Assembly: GCA_963708025.1 (NCBI GenBank)
Contig: CAVPSB010000016.1
Location: 224,001-288,000, forward strand
Direction of reading: 5' to 3'
From: an uncultured Candidatus Rokubacteria bacterium
GTDB lineage: Bacteria > Methylomirabilota > Methylomirabilia > Rokubacteriales > DASRDR01
DNA: 64,000 nucleotides
A program made the position numbers and the translations under genes. The stretch's first letter is position 1, and every line of letters begins with the position of its first letter. Shown here piece after piece: positions 1 to 9,431 of this stretch. The notes beneath the pieces are model-generated. The model had not been told where the DNA came from. It made no database searches and saw only the letters and a program-made list of their open reading frames with translations.

Positions 1-175
1 CCGGCGCCGGCGACAGCGGCCGCGTCCCGGTCCCGACCCGGGCCGCCCGCCCGCGTCCCGCCCCGCTCTCGGGCCCCATCGCACGCGCGCCTCCGCCGGC
101 CTGACGACCGCCGCGTCACCGGTGGCCACTCCGCGGTGGCTCGCAACGCACCCGTCCGGGAACAGGAGGCACGCC

Positions 176-355
176 ATGTTCGGTCTCGGCACCCAGGAGC
201 TCCTCGTCATCGCCCTGATCGCGATGATCTTCTTCGGCGGCAGCAAGCTGCCCGATCTGGCCCGGTCGCTCGGGCGCTCGATGAACGAGTTCAAGAAAGG
301 GGTGAGCTCGGCGACGGAGGACGACAAGGCCTCGGACACGAAGAAGCCGGCCTGA
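176..355 (+). CDS. tatA: Twin-arginine translocase TatA/TatE family subunit
   Basis: MFGLGTQELLVIALIAMIFFGGSKLPDLARSLGRSMNEFKKG is the TatA TM + FG hinge + amphipathic helix; AGGAGG RBS before ATG 176. Confidence 0.92.
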   Translation: MFGLGTQELLVIALIAMIFFGGSKLPDLARSLGRSMNEFKKGVSSATEDDKASDTKKPA

Positions 356-379
356 CGGCCGGGCTGCCGGGAGGGACAC

Positions 380-1165
380 ATGCCGCGGGCGCAGCCGGCC
401 TCGGTGCCCTGTCAAATCTGCAAGCAGCTCAAGCGGCCGAACGACGTGATGCCGGCCGAGCTGGTCCGCAACTCGGTCGCCGAGACGATCCGGCGAGCGC
501 ATCCCGACTTCGCGCCCCCGGGCTTCATCTGCCTGACCGACCTCAACCACTTCCGCACCGAGCACGTCCAGGACGTGCTGGAGACGGAGAAGGGCGAGCT
601 GTCGAGCCTGGAGGAGGAGGTCGTCCGGAGCCTGAAGGAGCACGAGACGCTGTCGCGCAACGTCAACGTGGAGTTCGAGCGGGAGCTGACGCTCGGGGAG
701 CGCCTGGCCGACCGGGTCGCCGAGTTCGGCGGGAGCTGGCGCTTTATCATCACCTTCGGCGTCATCCTCGCCGTCTGGATCGTCGTGAACTCGATCGCCC
801 TCCTCCGGGAGCCCTTCGACCCGTACCCCTACATCCTCCTGAACCTCGTGCTCTCGTGCCTGGCCGCCCTCCAGGCCCCGGTGATCATGATGAGCCAGAA
901 CCGCCAGGAGGCGAAGGACCGGCTCCGGGGCGAGCACGACTACCGGGTGAACCTCAAGGCCGAGCTGGAGGTCCGCCACCTGAACGCGAAGCTGGACCTC
1001 CTGCTCACCCACCAGTGGCAGCGGCTCCTGGAGATCCAGCAGATCCAGATGGAGATCATGGAGGAGTTCGTCCAGCGGGGCGGCCGCCGGCCCGCCCAAA
1101 AGTTGACACCGGGCGGGGCGGTTACGGAAGATAGCGCCAGTCAACCACCGGGAGGAGAGACGTGA
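380..1165 (+). CDS. DUF1003 family membrane protein
   Basis: LADRVAEFGGSWRFI...FDPYPYILLNLVLSCLAALQAPVIMMSQNRQ signature. Confidence 0.9.
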   Translation: MPRAQPASVPCQICKQLKRPNDVMPAELVRNSVAETIRRAHPDFAPPGFICLTDLNHFRTEHVQDVLETEKGELSSLEEEVVRSLKEHETLSRNVNVEFERELTLGERLADRVAEFGGSWRFIITFGVILAVWIVVNSIALLREPFDPYPYILLNLVLSCLAALQAPVIMMSQNRQEAKDRLRGEHDYRVNLKAELEVRHLNAKLDLLLTHQWQRLLEIQQIQMEIMEEFVQRGGRRPAQKLTPGGAVTEDSASQPPGGET

Positions 1166-1554
1166 TGCGAGGCATCGGGCGGCGCGTCTGGTCACCCTGT
1201 CGCGAGGCGCGGGGGTTCAGCCTCGTGGAGATCGCCATCGTACTGGTCGTGCTGGCGATCGTGGGCTCGGTCCTCTACGCCTACCTGGGCTCGACCAGCA
1301 AGACGCTGGAGGTGATCCAGCAGGAGAAGCCCCTCTCCCAGGCCCGGCTCACCGCCGATCGCGCCACGATCATGTCGATCCGGACATCGCTCGGCGTCTA
1401 CCACGCGTCCAACGGCCAGTGGCCGGCGAGCAAGGAGGCCGTGGCCGCCCTCCTCAGCCCCCCGCCGAACTTCCAGTGCGAGGGCAACGACTACAACTAC
1501 GACCCGGCCACCGGGCAGGTCACCCTGCTGATCGACGACGCCGCCCGGTGCTGA
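1162..1554 (+). CDS. Type IV pilin/pseudopilin-like protein
   Basis: Prepilin cleavage/methylation motif RG|FSLVEIAIVLVVLAI followed by a hydrophobic helix. Confidence 0.8.
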   Translation: MMRGIGRRVWSPCREARGFSLVEIAIVLVVLAIVGSVLYAYLGSTSKTLEVIQQEKPLSQARLTADRATIMSIRTSLGVYHASNGQWPASKEAVAALLSPPPNFQCEGNDYNYDPATGQVTLLIDDAARC

Positions 1555-1583
1555 GGAGCATCGGGTCCCTGACTCTCGAGAAC

Positions 1584-2051
1584 CTACTCGGTCTCGGGTG
1601 CGACGCCCATGAGACGTAACGTCCTGTCGTCACGCCGGCCCTGGAAGTACTTGTCGAGCAGACGATCGAATACGGAACCCGCAGGGGACACGCATGCGAA
1701 TAGTGTCGCGCACGACCTCAGCTTCATCTCGTCCGGAGAGCCGAATATCTCGAGCGCGGATCGCCCCTCGACGCCGAGAGCCGCCTCGCAGCACTCCAGC
1801 AGCCGCGGCCCGACGGTGGGATGCCTCAGGTACGCCTCGGCCTCTGCCGCGCTCTTGATCGAGTACCGCCTCGACGCCGAGCTGTACCCCAGACCGTCGA
1901 ACTGGGGAAAGACGTACCACATCCAGTGCGACCGCTTCCGGCCGCTCCTGATCTCGGCGAGTGCCTGCGCGTAGCAGTCCTCCTGCGCCTGCACGAAGCG
2001 GCCGAGGTCGTGCGGATCGTCGGCGCCGCTGGACAGGCTCTCACCAGCCAT
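1584..2051 (-). CDS. DUF1810 family protein (probable gene cassette)
   Basis: DLGRFVQAQ...ALAEIRSGRKRSHWMWYVFPQ...IFGSPDEMKLRSCATLF; begins just after the attC core site. Confidence 0.88.
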   Translation of the reverse strand: MAGESLSSGADDPHDLGRFVQAQEDCYAQALAEIRSGRKRSHWMWYVFPQFDGLGYSSASRRYSIKSAAEAEAYLRHPTVGPRLLECCEAALGVEGRSALEIFGSPDEMKLRSCATLFACVSPAGSVFDRLLDKYFQGRRDDRTLRLMGVAPETE

Positions 2052-2072
2052 AGCGCGGCCAACGCCTCCGCG

Positions 2073-2132
2073 GCCTAACGCTCGGCATCAGCGGCGGCGC
2101 GAAGCGCCGTCCGCTGCATGCCGTTGTCACGC
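2073..2132 (-). other. Integron attC site
   Basis: Minus strand GCGTGAC-AACGGCATGCAGCGGACGGCGC-TTC-GCGCCGCCGCTGATGCCGAGC-GTTAGGC: imperfect palindrome ending in GTTRRRY; the degenerate inverse core overlaps the upstream gene's TGA stop. Confidence 0.8.
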
Positions 2133-3194
2133 CGCCCCTGACTCAAAAGATGACCCGTTGAGCACGAGCACGATCTTGCCTGTCACGCCTCCCTTGCCCA
2201 GCAACTCGTGCGCGTGTCTTGCCTCGGCGAGAGGAAATCGCTGCGCGATGAGCGGCTTGATCTCCTTGTGTTGAAGGAGGTCGAACAGGGCGATCAAGTC
2301 CTGTCGAAACAACTCCGGCTTCAGCCGTTTAAGCGTCTGGATGCTGTAGGCGACCACCCGCTTCCGGCCGGGGAGAAGCCAGGCGGCGGCGATATATAAC
2401 CCGAAGATGGCGGTTCCACGAAAGCGTTGACGACGACCCGGACGGCCTGAAGCCAATCCCTCCCCACGTAGCGAGGAACGAAGGCCATAGCCAACCACCC
2501 TCCCGCCAGGACGGAGAGCCTTGCGGGAGTGCCAGAGGTGGGCACCACCGAGGGGGTCAAAGACGACGTCCACACCGTCGCTCGTGAGGCGGTGAATTTC
2601 TTTCACGAAGTCCTGATGCTGGTAGTCAATTGGGATACCGCCCAGGTCGGAAACGGCCGGCGCACTTCGCGATGAACAGGTTCCGTACATCTCCAGCCCG
2701 GCGAGGCGCCCAAGCTGCAAGAGTGCCGTGCCGACCCCGCCTGCCGCGCCGTGAATCAACACACGCTGGCCTGATCTGGCCTTAGCGGAACGATGCAGCA
2801 TCTGGTACGCGGTGATGTAGTTCAGCACGAGACTAACAGCCTCGGCGGCGTCCAATCCGGATGGCACCGGAACCAGTTCACGTTGCGGCAGGCAGACGAA
2901 CTCCGCGTAAGCACCGTGGATCGGCAGCGCGGCAACTATCTGGCCTGGTTCGATTCCAGAGATATCATCGCCGAGCCGATCCACCACGCCAACCAGATCC
3001 CACCCCGGCGTGAAGGGTACCGGGGGCGTTTCGGGATGAACGCCCTCGCGCGCCATCACGTCGGGCAAGGAAACGCCTGCGGCCAGCACTCTCACCCGCA
3101 CTTCACCATTCCTCGGCTCGGGGCACTCTTCTTCTACCACCCGAAGTACATCGGGTCCGCCGTAGTGAGTGACGATGATGCGCGTGTGTCTCAC
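2127..3194 (-). CDS. Medium-chain dehydrogenase/reductase (quinone oxidoreductase-like), gene cassette
   Basis: GGPDVL N-terminus, VLIHGAAGGVG NAD(P)-binding motif, C-terminal GKIVL; flanked by attC sites. Confidence 0.88.
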   Translation of the reverse strand: MRHTRIIVTHYGGPDVLRVVEEECPEPRNGEVRVRVLAAGVSLPDVMAREGVHPETPPVPFTPGWDLVGVVDRLGDDISGIEPGQIVAALPIHGAYAEFVCLPQRELVPVPSGLDAAEAVSLVLNYITAYQMLHRSAKARSGQRVLIHGAAGGVGTALLQLGRLAGLEMYGTCSSRSAPAVSDLGGIPIDYQHQDFVKEIHRLTSDGVDVVFDPLGGAHLWHSRKALRPGGRVVGYGLRSSLRGEGLASGRPGRRQRFRGTAIFGLYIAAAWLLPGRKRVVAYSIQTLKRLKPELFRQDLIALFDLLQHKEIKPLIAQRFPLAEARHAHELLGKGGVTGKIVLVLNGSSFESGAA

Positions 3195-3233
3195 GGACCT
3201 CTTCGTCCCTTGCCGGGCGCGCGAGCTTGTGCG

Positions 3234-3332
3234 GCGTAACGTCGTGCCGCTCAGCCGCGAGCGGCGACCCCCATGCTACCGCACTCGACTTTCGCGTGCC
3301 CGCCGCTCGTCGGCTGCAGCGGCCTGTTAGCC
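3234..3332 (-). other. Integron attC site
   Basis: Minus strand GGCTAAC-AGGCCGCTGCAGCCGACGAGCGGCG...CGCCGCTCGCGGCTGAGCGGCACGAC-GTTACGC; long inverted repeat 11 bp after the upstream gene's stop. Confidence 0.8.
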
Positions 3333-3481
3333 GGGGTCCGTGTCACACCACGTCCATCCACTCCCCGAAGTCGAGCTTGACGTTGGGGACCGGATCTTGT
3401 GCGGCGATAGCGGCGAAGTCAGCTGATCGACCCCACCAATCGTTGATCGGCAGCTTCTGGGTGCCGAACGTTAGGAAATAG

Positions 3482-4905
3482 GGCTCTCCACCAGAATCTG
3501 TACGGACCCGGCTGCTGGGGGGCGGGGGAAGTGAGAGGCGCGCATCGGTCCAGGAAGTGGTACGACCTCCTCACGTGACTGGCGTATCACGCAGAAGGAG
3601 GGAACCGATGCCCGAGGCGATGCGTCCTCGACGCATCCTGACGGCTGCCGTGGCAGTAATGGCGTCATGCCACCTCGGACGGCGGACGAGGCGCGCGAGC
3701 ATCGCTGACGCTGTGGGTGCTGGCAGACGGCCCGGACCCGCGTGACTAGCGCATGTGGGGGCTGCGGCCTCTCGGTCCGCGAGGTCGCACAGCTGGCGAC
3801 GAGCGGCGGCTCCGGGACCTCGCGGTGGCGGGACCTGGACGGTCTGGCTGGCGGTGGACGTCCACCGGGTGCGATGCCGCCGGCTGTGGGGTGCGCACCG
3901 AACGCCATGCCGTTTCTGGCGGGCAAAGCCCACTATACGAGCCCGGCTGGAGGCCGCGGTGGCCGAGGACTGGTGAGCAACGCCCCGGTGAGTCGGGTGG
4001 CCGCCAGCGTCGGGCGCTGCCCCCGGCGACCGTCTCGCCGCATGGACAAGCGGGTCTTGCGCCGGTGGGCGGCGGCCCGCCCGAAGACGCCGCGGCGCTA
4101 CCTGGGGGTGGACGAGATCTTCCTGGGGAAGATCAAGTTCCTCACCGTGGTCAGCGACCTCGAGACCCGCGAGCCCCTGTGGATGGGGCTGGAGCGCAAG
4201 CGGGAGACCCTGGATCGGTTACTTCGCTGAGGCGCTGCCGGCCCGCCGCCGGCGCGCCGTGCGGGCCAGTGTGCGTGGACATGTGGGAGCCGTTCGCGCA
4301 GAGCCTGCGGACGCACGTGCCCCGCTGCTCGGCTCGTCTACGGACAAGTTCCACGTCCTGCGCCACGCCAGCGAGGCCGTCGATGGCAGACCGCGGCGGC
4401 GCGGAGTTCTTCCGCCACGGCCGGGCCGCCCGCGACCGTGGTTCGGGGCAAGCGCTCGGCTGCTGCTGCGGAGCCTGGGCGCACCTCGACCGGACGGAGC
4501 GGCAGACCCTGCGGCACCTCTTCGCGCTCAACCGCCGCCTGGCCAAGGCCTATCTGCTCAAGGAGCAGCTCGCCCACCTGTGGACGTACACCTGCGAAGG
4601 CGCGGCGCGGCGGTTCCTCACCACCTGGCTCGGCAGCCCTGCGCTGGCAGCGGCTGCCGGCCTTCCAGAAGCTGGGGTCGGCTCCTCACTCGGCACCTCG
4701 ACGGCCTCCTGAACTACTGCCACGAGAAGGTCCCCCTCGGAACGGTCGAGGCCGTCGACGCCAACATCCGGGAAGCGCTTCGCCGGGGTCGGGCGCTGAC
4801 CGTGATCACGAGTACCTGCTGCTCAAGGTCCAACGCGCCACCGCCGACCCGTCACCGTCACGCCGCACTGCACACTGGGGTCCGTACAGATTCTGGTGGA
4901 GAGCC
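3482..4905 (+). mobile_element. ISL3-family insertion sequence (1424 bp)
   Basis: Perfect 28-bp terminal IRs GGCTCTCCACCAGAATCTGTACGGACCC (3482-3509, 4878-4905); 8-bp TSD GGAAATAG (3474-3481, 4906-4913). Confidence 0.93.
3608..4860 (+). pseudogene. ISL3 transposase, multiply frameshifted (3' end approximate)
   Basis: Pieces in different frames: RVRCRR zinc-finger part, YLGVDEIF, VCVDMWEPF, DKFHVLRH, LAKAYLLKEQL, VEAVDANIR. Confidence 0.85.
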
Positions 4906-5848
4906 GGAAATAGGAACCGGGGACACGCTGGTCAAGATTGGCCGTGGAAAGAACGGCAACGCCAAGTAGTCCGAAGATTACGCGGTCGCTGAGTCGGATT
5001 CGGCCACGCTCAACAGACATGCGGGTGCTCCGTACCGGGCCTGCGGCGTCGGAGATGAGCTCGAAACCCGCGGGAAGTTCGTCGCCGTGTCCGTGGGCGC
5101 ACCGATGGATACCGTAAATAACATCCGCGAGGTCCGGCTTCCCGCCTGGGGCCCTAGAGCGTTTGACGTGAACAGGAAATCGGGTGTCCTCGAGATTGAT
5201 CCCCGGCGCACCCATCGGCCCGAGTATCGCGTAGTTGTCTCGCAAGAGACCCGTAAAGCGGGCGTTGCTCCCGAGCGAGGGGTGAAGCTTCTTCGCGGTA
5301 CCATCGATCGCGTTGCAGGCGTGGAGCATCGCGGCATCTAGATCACCCAGACCCCAGTCGTCAATGGCTTTTCTCACGGAGTTGCCGACGTTCACTGCAG
5401 ATCCGTCCTAACTTTCGAGAGTGGTCAAAGGAGTGAGTCCTACCTCCGGCTAACGTGAATTCGGCGGAACTGTCGAGCAACGGTGACGCAGCGCTCGCTG
5501 CAGCATAGTTGCCCCGCAGGGCTCCGCATCGACTGGAGGGGTCGGCGTGAGATTTTCAGAGCTTGGCTCACGCCATGGTGCTGAAGCCCGCCGTGCTCTG
5601 CGGAACCGTCGAGTCCGGTCAAACGATGCGCGGCGCCAGCCGGGAGTCATGGGATCATGCGTCGAAGATCGGGGCCGCCCGGCTCCAGACCGCACCCGGG
5701 CCCCGGTTCAGACTGAACGGTGACCATTGCCTGCGCTCCCCGCCGGCCGGCAATGACGATACCCCATCCGTCCAGGCTGGGCAATCCGGCAACTTTGCGC
5801 CTAACCGGCTCACCCGGCGCCCTCGCGGGCAGCAGTCTCGCCGAACCG

Positions 5849-7126
5849 TCAGAGGACGCTGCGCGGCTCCGCCACGGCTCCCTCGGCAAAGCGGGAGAAG
5901 CGGAACCCGTGGAGGTCGAGCGAGGCCTTGCCGTCCACGACCAGCTCGGCCACGAGGCGTCCCGCGATGGGCCCCATCGCGAAGCCGTGGCCGCTGAAGC
6001 CGGTCGCGACGACGAGGCCCCGGGGCGCGACCACCTCCCCCAGCACGGGGATCGCATCGGGCGTGGCGTCGATGTAGCCCGCCCAGCTCCGCTCGATGGC
6101 GAGCCCGGGCACGGCGGGGAAGAGGCGCCGGAACTCCTCGAGGCTCCGCCGGACCTTGTCGGGATTGGGCGCGGGATCGAGATGGGGATCGAGCGCGTCC
6201 CGCCCCGACCCCGGCCACCGGCGCCGGAGGTCGCGCCAGAGCGGCGCGCCCACGTGGAACCGGAACAGCTTCCGGTTCTTCCAGTAGTTCGGCAGGAACA
6301 GGCGGAGGTGGCGAAGGGAGTCGAGCGTGACGTCGTAGTCCGTCGCCCCGCCGGCGGCGAGGTTGAGCCGCCCGTCCGGCCGCTGCCGGAACGCCACCGC
6401 CGGGCCCCAGACGCCGGCCCGCGTGATCGGCGGCGCGGGCGTGGTCCGCGCGACGGTCGCCCGCACCAGCCGCTGGGGAAGGCTCAGCCCGGCCGCCCGG
6501 AGGAGCGTCGCCGACCAGGCCCCCGCCGCGCAGACGACCCGGCTCGTCCGAACCTCCTCCCGATCGGTGAGGACACCGCTGACCGCGCCGCCCGTGACGA
6601 GGATGCGGCGGGCGGCGCACCCGGTGCGGAGCTCGGCGCCGCGCGCCGCCGCCGCGTGCCCGAAGGCCTCGGTGGCCTTCGCCGGCTCGGCGTGCCCGTC
6701 GCTCGGCGTGAACAGGCCGCCGGCCCACGCGCCCTGGATGCCGGGCACGACCGACTCCAGGTCGCGGCCGCGGAGGAGCCGCGTGTCGAGCCCGCACTGC
6801 CGCGCGACGGGCAGCCACTGCTCGAACAGCCCCATCCGCGCCTCGGTGGCGGCGAGGGCCAGGTTGCCGCCCTGCACCCAGTCGACGGGGGTGCCGAGCT
6901 CCGCCTCGAGCCCGCGCCAGATCCGGTTCGCCTCGACCATGAGGGGCACCTCCAGCGGATCGCGGCCCTGCTGGCGCACGAAGCCCCAGTTCCGGCCCGA
7001 CTGCTGGCCCGCCACCTCGCCGCGCTCGAGGAGGAGCGCCCGGACCCCCCGCCGGGCCAGGTAGTAGGCGGCGGCGCAGCCGACGATGCCCCCGCCGATG
7101 ACGACGACGTCGGCCTCGCGCGTCAT
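5849..7126 (-). CDS. FAD-dependent oxidoreductase (DAO/glycine oxidase family)
   Basis: VVVIGGGIVG, QSGRNWG, WAGYIDATPDAIP, ATGFSGHGFAMGP. Confidence 0.92.
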   Translation of the reverse strand: MTREADVVVIGGGIVGCAAAYYLARRGVRALLLERGEVAGQQSGRNWGFVRQQGRDPLEVPLMVEANRIWRGLEAELGTPVDWVQGGNLALAATEARMGLFEQWLPVARQCGLDTRLLRGRDLESVVPGIQGAWAGGLFTPSDGHAEPAKATEAFGHAAAARGAELRTGCAARRILVTGGAVSGVLTDREEVRTSRVVCAAGAWSATLLRAAGLSLPQRLVRATVARTTPAPPITRAGVWGPAVAFRQRPDGRLNLAAGGATDYDVTLDSLRHLRLFLPNYWKNRKLFRFHVGAPLWRDLRRRWPGSGRDALDPHLDPAPNPDKVRRSLEEFRRLFPAVPGLAIERSWAGYIDATPDAIPVLGEVVAPRGLVVATGFSGHGFAMGPIAGRLVAELVVDGKASLDLHGFRFSRFAEGAVAEPRSVL

Positions 7127-7130
7127 GCCC

Positions 7131-8303
7131 CTACCCGACGTGCCCAACGTGGAGGTCCACGTCGCCCGCCCCGGCGAGCAGCTCGAGCCCGCCCGGTGTC
7201 AGGGCGTAGGTCCCGCCCTGGATCACCCCGAGCCCCTCGTCCACCAGCTCCACGCAGGCGTGGAGGACGAACACCATCCCCGGCTCGAGGCGCCGCTCGA
7301 TCCCCCGGCTGATCTGCAGGGTCTCGAGCCAGATCGGCGGGTACGCCACCCCGACGCCGTAGCCGAACCGCATCATCGCGGCGCCCTCGAGCCCCGCCTT
7401 CCGGAGCGGCTCCAGGGAGGCCGCCTCCACGTCCTCGGCCGGGACCCCGGGCCGGACCGCCCGCACGCCGGCCCGCAGCGACTCCCGCGTGAGCCGGTAG
7501 AGCTCCCGGGCGCGCGGCCCGGGCTCGCCGACGGCCATCGTCTGGATGGCGACCGCGTGGTAGCGGCGCGCCACCCCGGCGAACTCCACGTGGACGAGGT
7601 CGCCCGGCTCCAGGACGCGGTCGCGCGGCGTCGCGTGGCCGCCGGGCGTCCGCGGCCCGCTGGCCAGCTCCGTGGGAATGGCCCAGTAGTCGCCGCCGGC
7701 CGCTCGCATCGCGGCCTCCATCTCTCCGGCCAGCGCGACCTCGGTGATCCCGGGCCGGAGTCCCCGCCGGGCCGCCTGGAGCCCCGCTTCCGCGTGCCGG
7801 GCGGCGTCCCGGAGGTACGCCATCTCGGCGGCGGACTTGACGAGGCGGAGATCGCCGAGGAGCGCGGTCGCGTCCTCGACGCGCGCCGGGGCGAGCTTCT
7901 CCTCGAGCCGGAGCCCCAGCGCGTGGGGCAGCGCGTACGACTCGAGCTCCACGGCCAGCCGCCCCTCCCGGAGCCCATGCTCGCGCGCGACCTCGGCGAT
8001 CAGCGCGGCGGGGTCGTCGGCCAGGAGCCGGTAGATCCGGAGGTCCCGCACCCACGACGTCTCCAGCGCCAGCAGCCGGTCCACGTCGCGCAGGACGATC
8101 GTCGGCTCGCCGCCGTCGGTCCGGAACACGAGCGCCTGGGGGCTGTTGACGCTGACCCAGGCGTCGTAGCCGCCGAGGTAGTAGAGGTGCTCCGGCGCGA
8201 CGCTGATGCAGCCGTCCAGCCCGGCGTCCCGCAGGCTCCGCCGGGCCCGGGCGAACCGATCGCGGTGCTCCGCCTCGGCGAAGGCTGCGAACGCGGGCCT
8301 CAT
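7131..8303 (-). CDS. M24 (Xaa-Pro peptidase/creatinase/ectoine hydrolase-like) protein
   Basis: Creatinase_N-like N-terminus, LRLVKSAAE, SGPRT..GH, FGYGVGVAYPP..LE, LEPGMVF. Confidence 0.85.
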   Translation of the reverse strand: MRPAFAAFAEAEHRDRFARARRSLRDAGLDGCISVAPEHLYYLGGYDAWVSVNSPQALVFRTDGGEPTIVLRDVDRLLALETSWVRDLRIYRLLADDPAALIAEVAREHGLREGRLAVELESYALPHALGLRLEEKLAPARVEDATALLGDLRLVKSAAEMAYLRDAARHAEAGLQAARRGLRPGITEVALAGEMEAAMRAAGGDYWAIPTELASGPRTPGGHATPRDRVLEPGDLVHVEFAGVARRYHAVAIQTMAVGEPGPRARELYRLTRESLRAGVRAVRPGVPAEDVEAASLEPLRKAGLEGAAMMRFGYGVGVAYPPIWLETLQISRGIERRLEPGMVFVLHACVELVDEGLGVIQGGTYALTPGGLELLAGAGDVDLHVGHVG

Positions 8304-8333
8304 GGACGTGCTGCCACGACGCGATGATATTCG

Positions 8334-8966
8334 TCAGGCCCAGGGAGGCGGCGCGCCCCACGCCTGGAAGTAGGTCGTCTCCGCCGTGGGCAGGCGGACG
8401 CTGCCCCCGAAGCGGCCCTCCGGGTAGCCGAGCGGGATGCAGAAGTGCAGGGTGGCGTCGGCCGGGATCCCGAAGAGCGCGCGGGCCCGCTCCATCACCT
8501 GGGGATGGAGCGTCGTCGGCACCGAGCCGATGCCGAGCGCCCGCGCCGCCAGCATCAGGTTCTGGGCCGCCGGGATGACCGAGTTCGCGGCCCCGGGCGG
8601 CACGGCCAAGGCGAGGACGACGCACGGCACGTCCACCATCCTCTCGGCCAGCCCCATGGCCGAGCGGTACGACCGGTCCTCCGGCGGGATGTCCTCCGGC
8701 CGGGTCCAGCCACGCTCCTCGCGGCGCTTCGCCCACCACGCCTCGTGGTAGAGGCGGCCGAACTCCCGGAGCCGCTCGCGGTCCGTGACGACCAGGAACC
8801 GGGCGATCTGACGGTTGGCGCCGTTCGGCGCCCGCACCGCCGCCTCCAGGATCAGCCGCAGGTCCTCGACCGGGATCGGGTCGGGCCGGAAGCGGCGGAT
8901 CGACCGCTGGGTGAACATCGCCTCGCCGATGGGCATCGAGAGTCGCGCGTGGTCCATGCCGGCCAT
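8334..8966 (-). CDS. Nitroreductase family protein
   Basis: QRSIRRFRPDP, AAVRAPNGANRQ, AAQNLMLAARALGIG, IPLGYP. Confidence 0.92.
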   Translation of the reverse strand: MAGMDHARLSMPIGEAMFTQRSIRRFRPDPIPVEDLRLILEAAVRAPNGANRQIARFLVVTDRERLREFGRLYHEAWWAKRREERGWTRPEDIPPEDRSYRSAMGLAERMVDVPCVVLALAVPPGAANSVIPAAQNLMLAARALGIGSVPTTLHPQVMERARALFGIPADATLHFCIPLGYPEGRFGGSVRLPTAETTYFQAWGAPPPWA

Positions 8967-9074
8967 CCTCCCAAGGTGGTGGTTCGGCCCGCATTGTAGT
9001 CCAGGCCCGCCCCTTCCGCAGCGACGGGCGGCCAGGCGCTCGGGAGGCCCGCCCCCCCCTTGTACGCTGTCACT

Positions 9075-9290
9075 TCACTCCACGGGTTTGCGGTACTCGA
9101 CCACGATGTCGCGATCGACGGTATAGCCGCTCTCGCGCAATCCAGCCTCGAAGGCCGCCTCTAGCTGGCGCTGGGCCTCCCGTGACGAGGTCTGGAGGTA
9201 GCCGACCCGATAGACCTTCCCCGTGGGCTGCGCGGAGGTCGGGTCAGGCGCGGAGAGGGTGCCAGGGGCAAGGGTTACGAGAAGGCATGG
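9075..9290 (-). pseudogene. Truncated ABC transporter substrate-binding protein (N-terminal remnant)
   Basis: AQPTGKVYRVGYL...AFEAGLRESGY...IVVEYR then an early stop. Confidence 0.65.
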
Positions 9291-9350
9291 CGCGACCCTC
9301 CGATTGAGCCGTCCAATCAGGCTCACCGCGCGCGGTCTCTCTCTGAGACG

Positions 9351-9411
9351 ACCCAACGCCGGCGTTCAGCGGGGGCCGGCGCAGCCGGTCCGCTGTATCG
9401 CCCTGTCACAC
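9351..9411 (-). other. Degenerate attC-like site
   Basis: Minus strand GTGTGAC-AGGGCGATACAGCGGACCGGC-TGC-GCCGGCCCCCGCTGAACGCCGGC-GTTGGGT; same layout as the attC at 2073. Confidence 0.6.
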
Positions 9412-9431
9412 GGACCAGCGCGGCATTCACC

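Larger units (their letters stand above)
3343..5395 (-). pseudogene. Cassette gene (about 206 aa, unknown function) split by ISL3 insertion
   Basis: Removing the IS and one TSD copy joins ...DQRVPGSYF in frame to LTFGTQKLPINDWWGRSADF...GEWMDVV* (stop 3343-3345). Confidence 0.85.

Noticed and set aside
5740-5850. Possible c-di-GMP-I riboswitch (GGCGCAAAG) or attI/attC core (GTTAGGC) on the minus strand
   Set aside because: I could not build the riboswitch stems or find an inverse core; needs an Infernal scan
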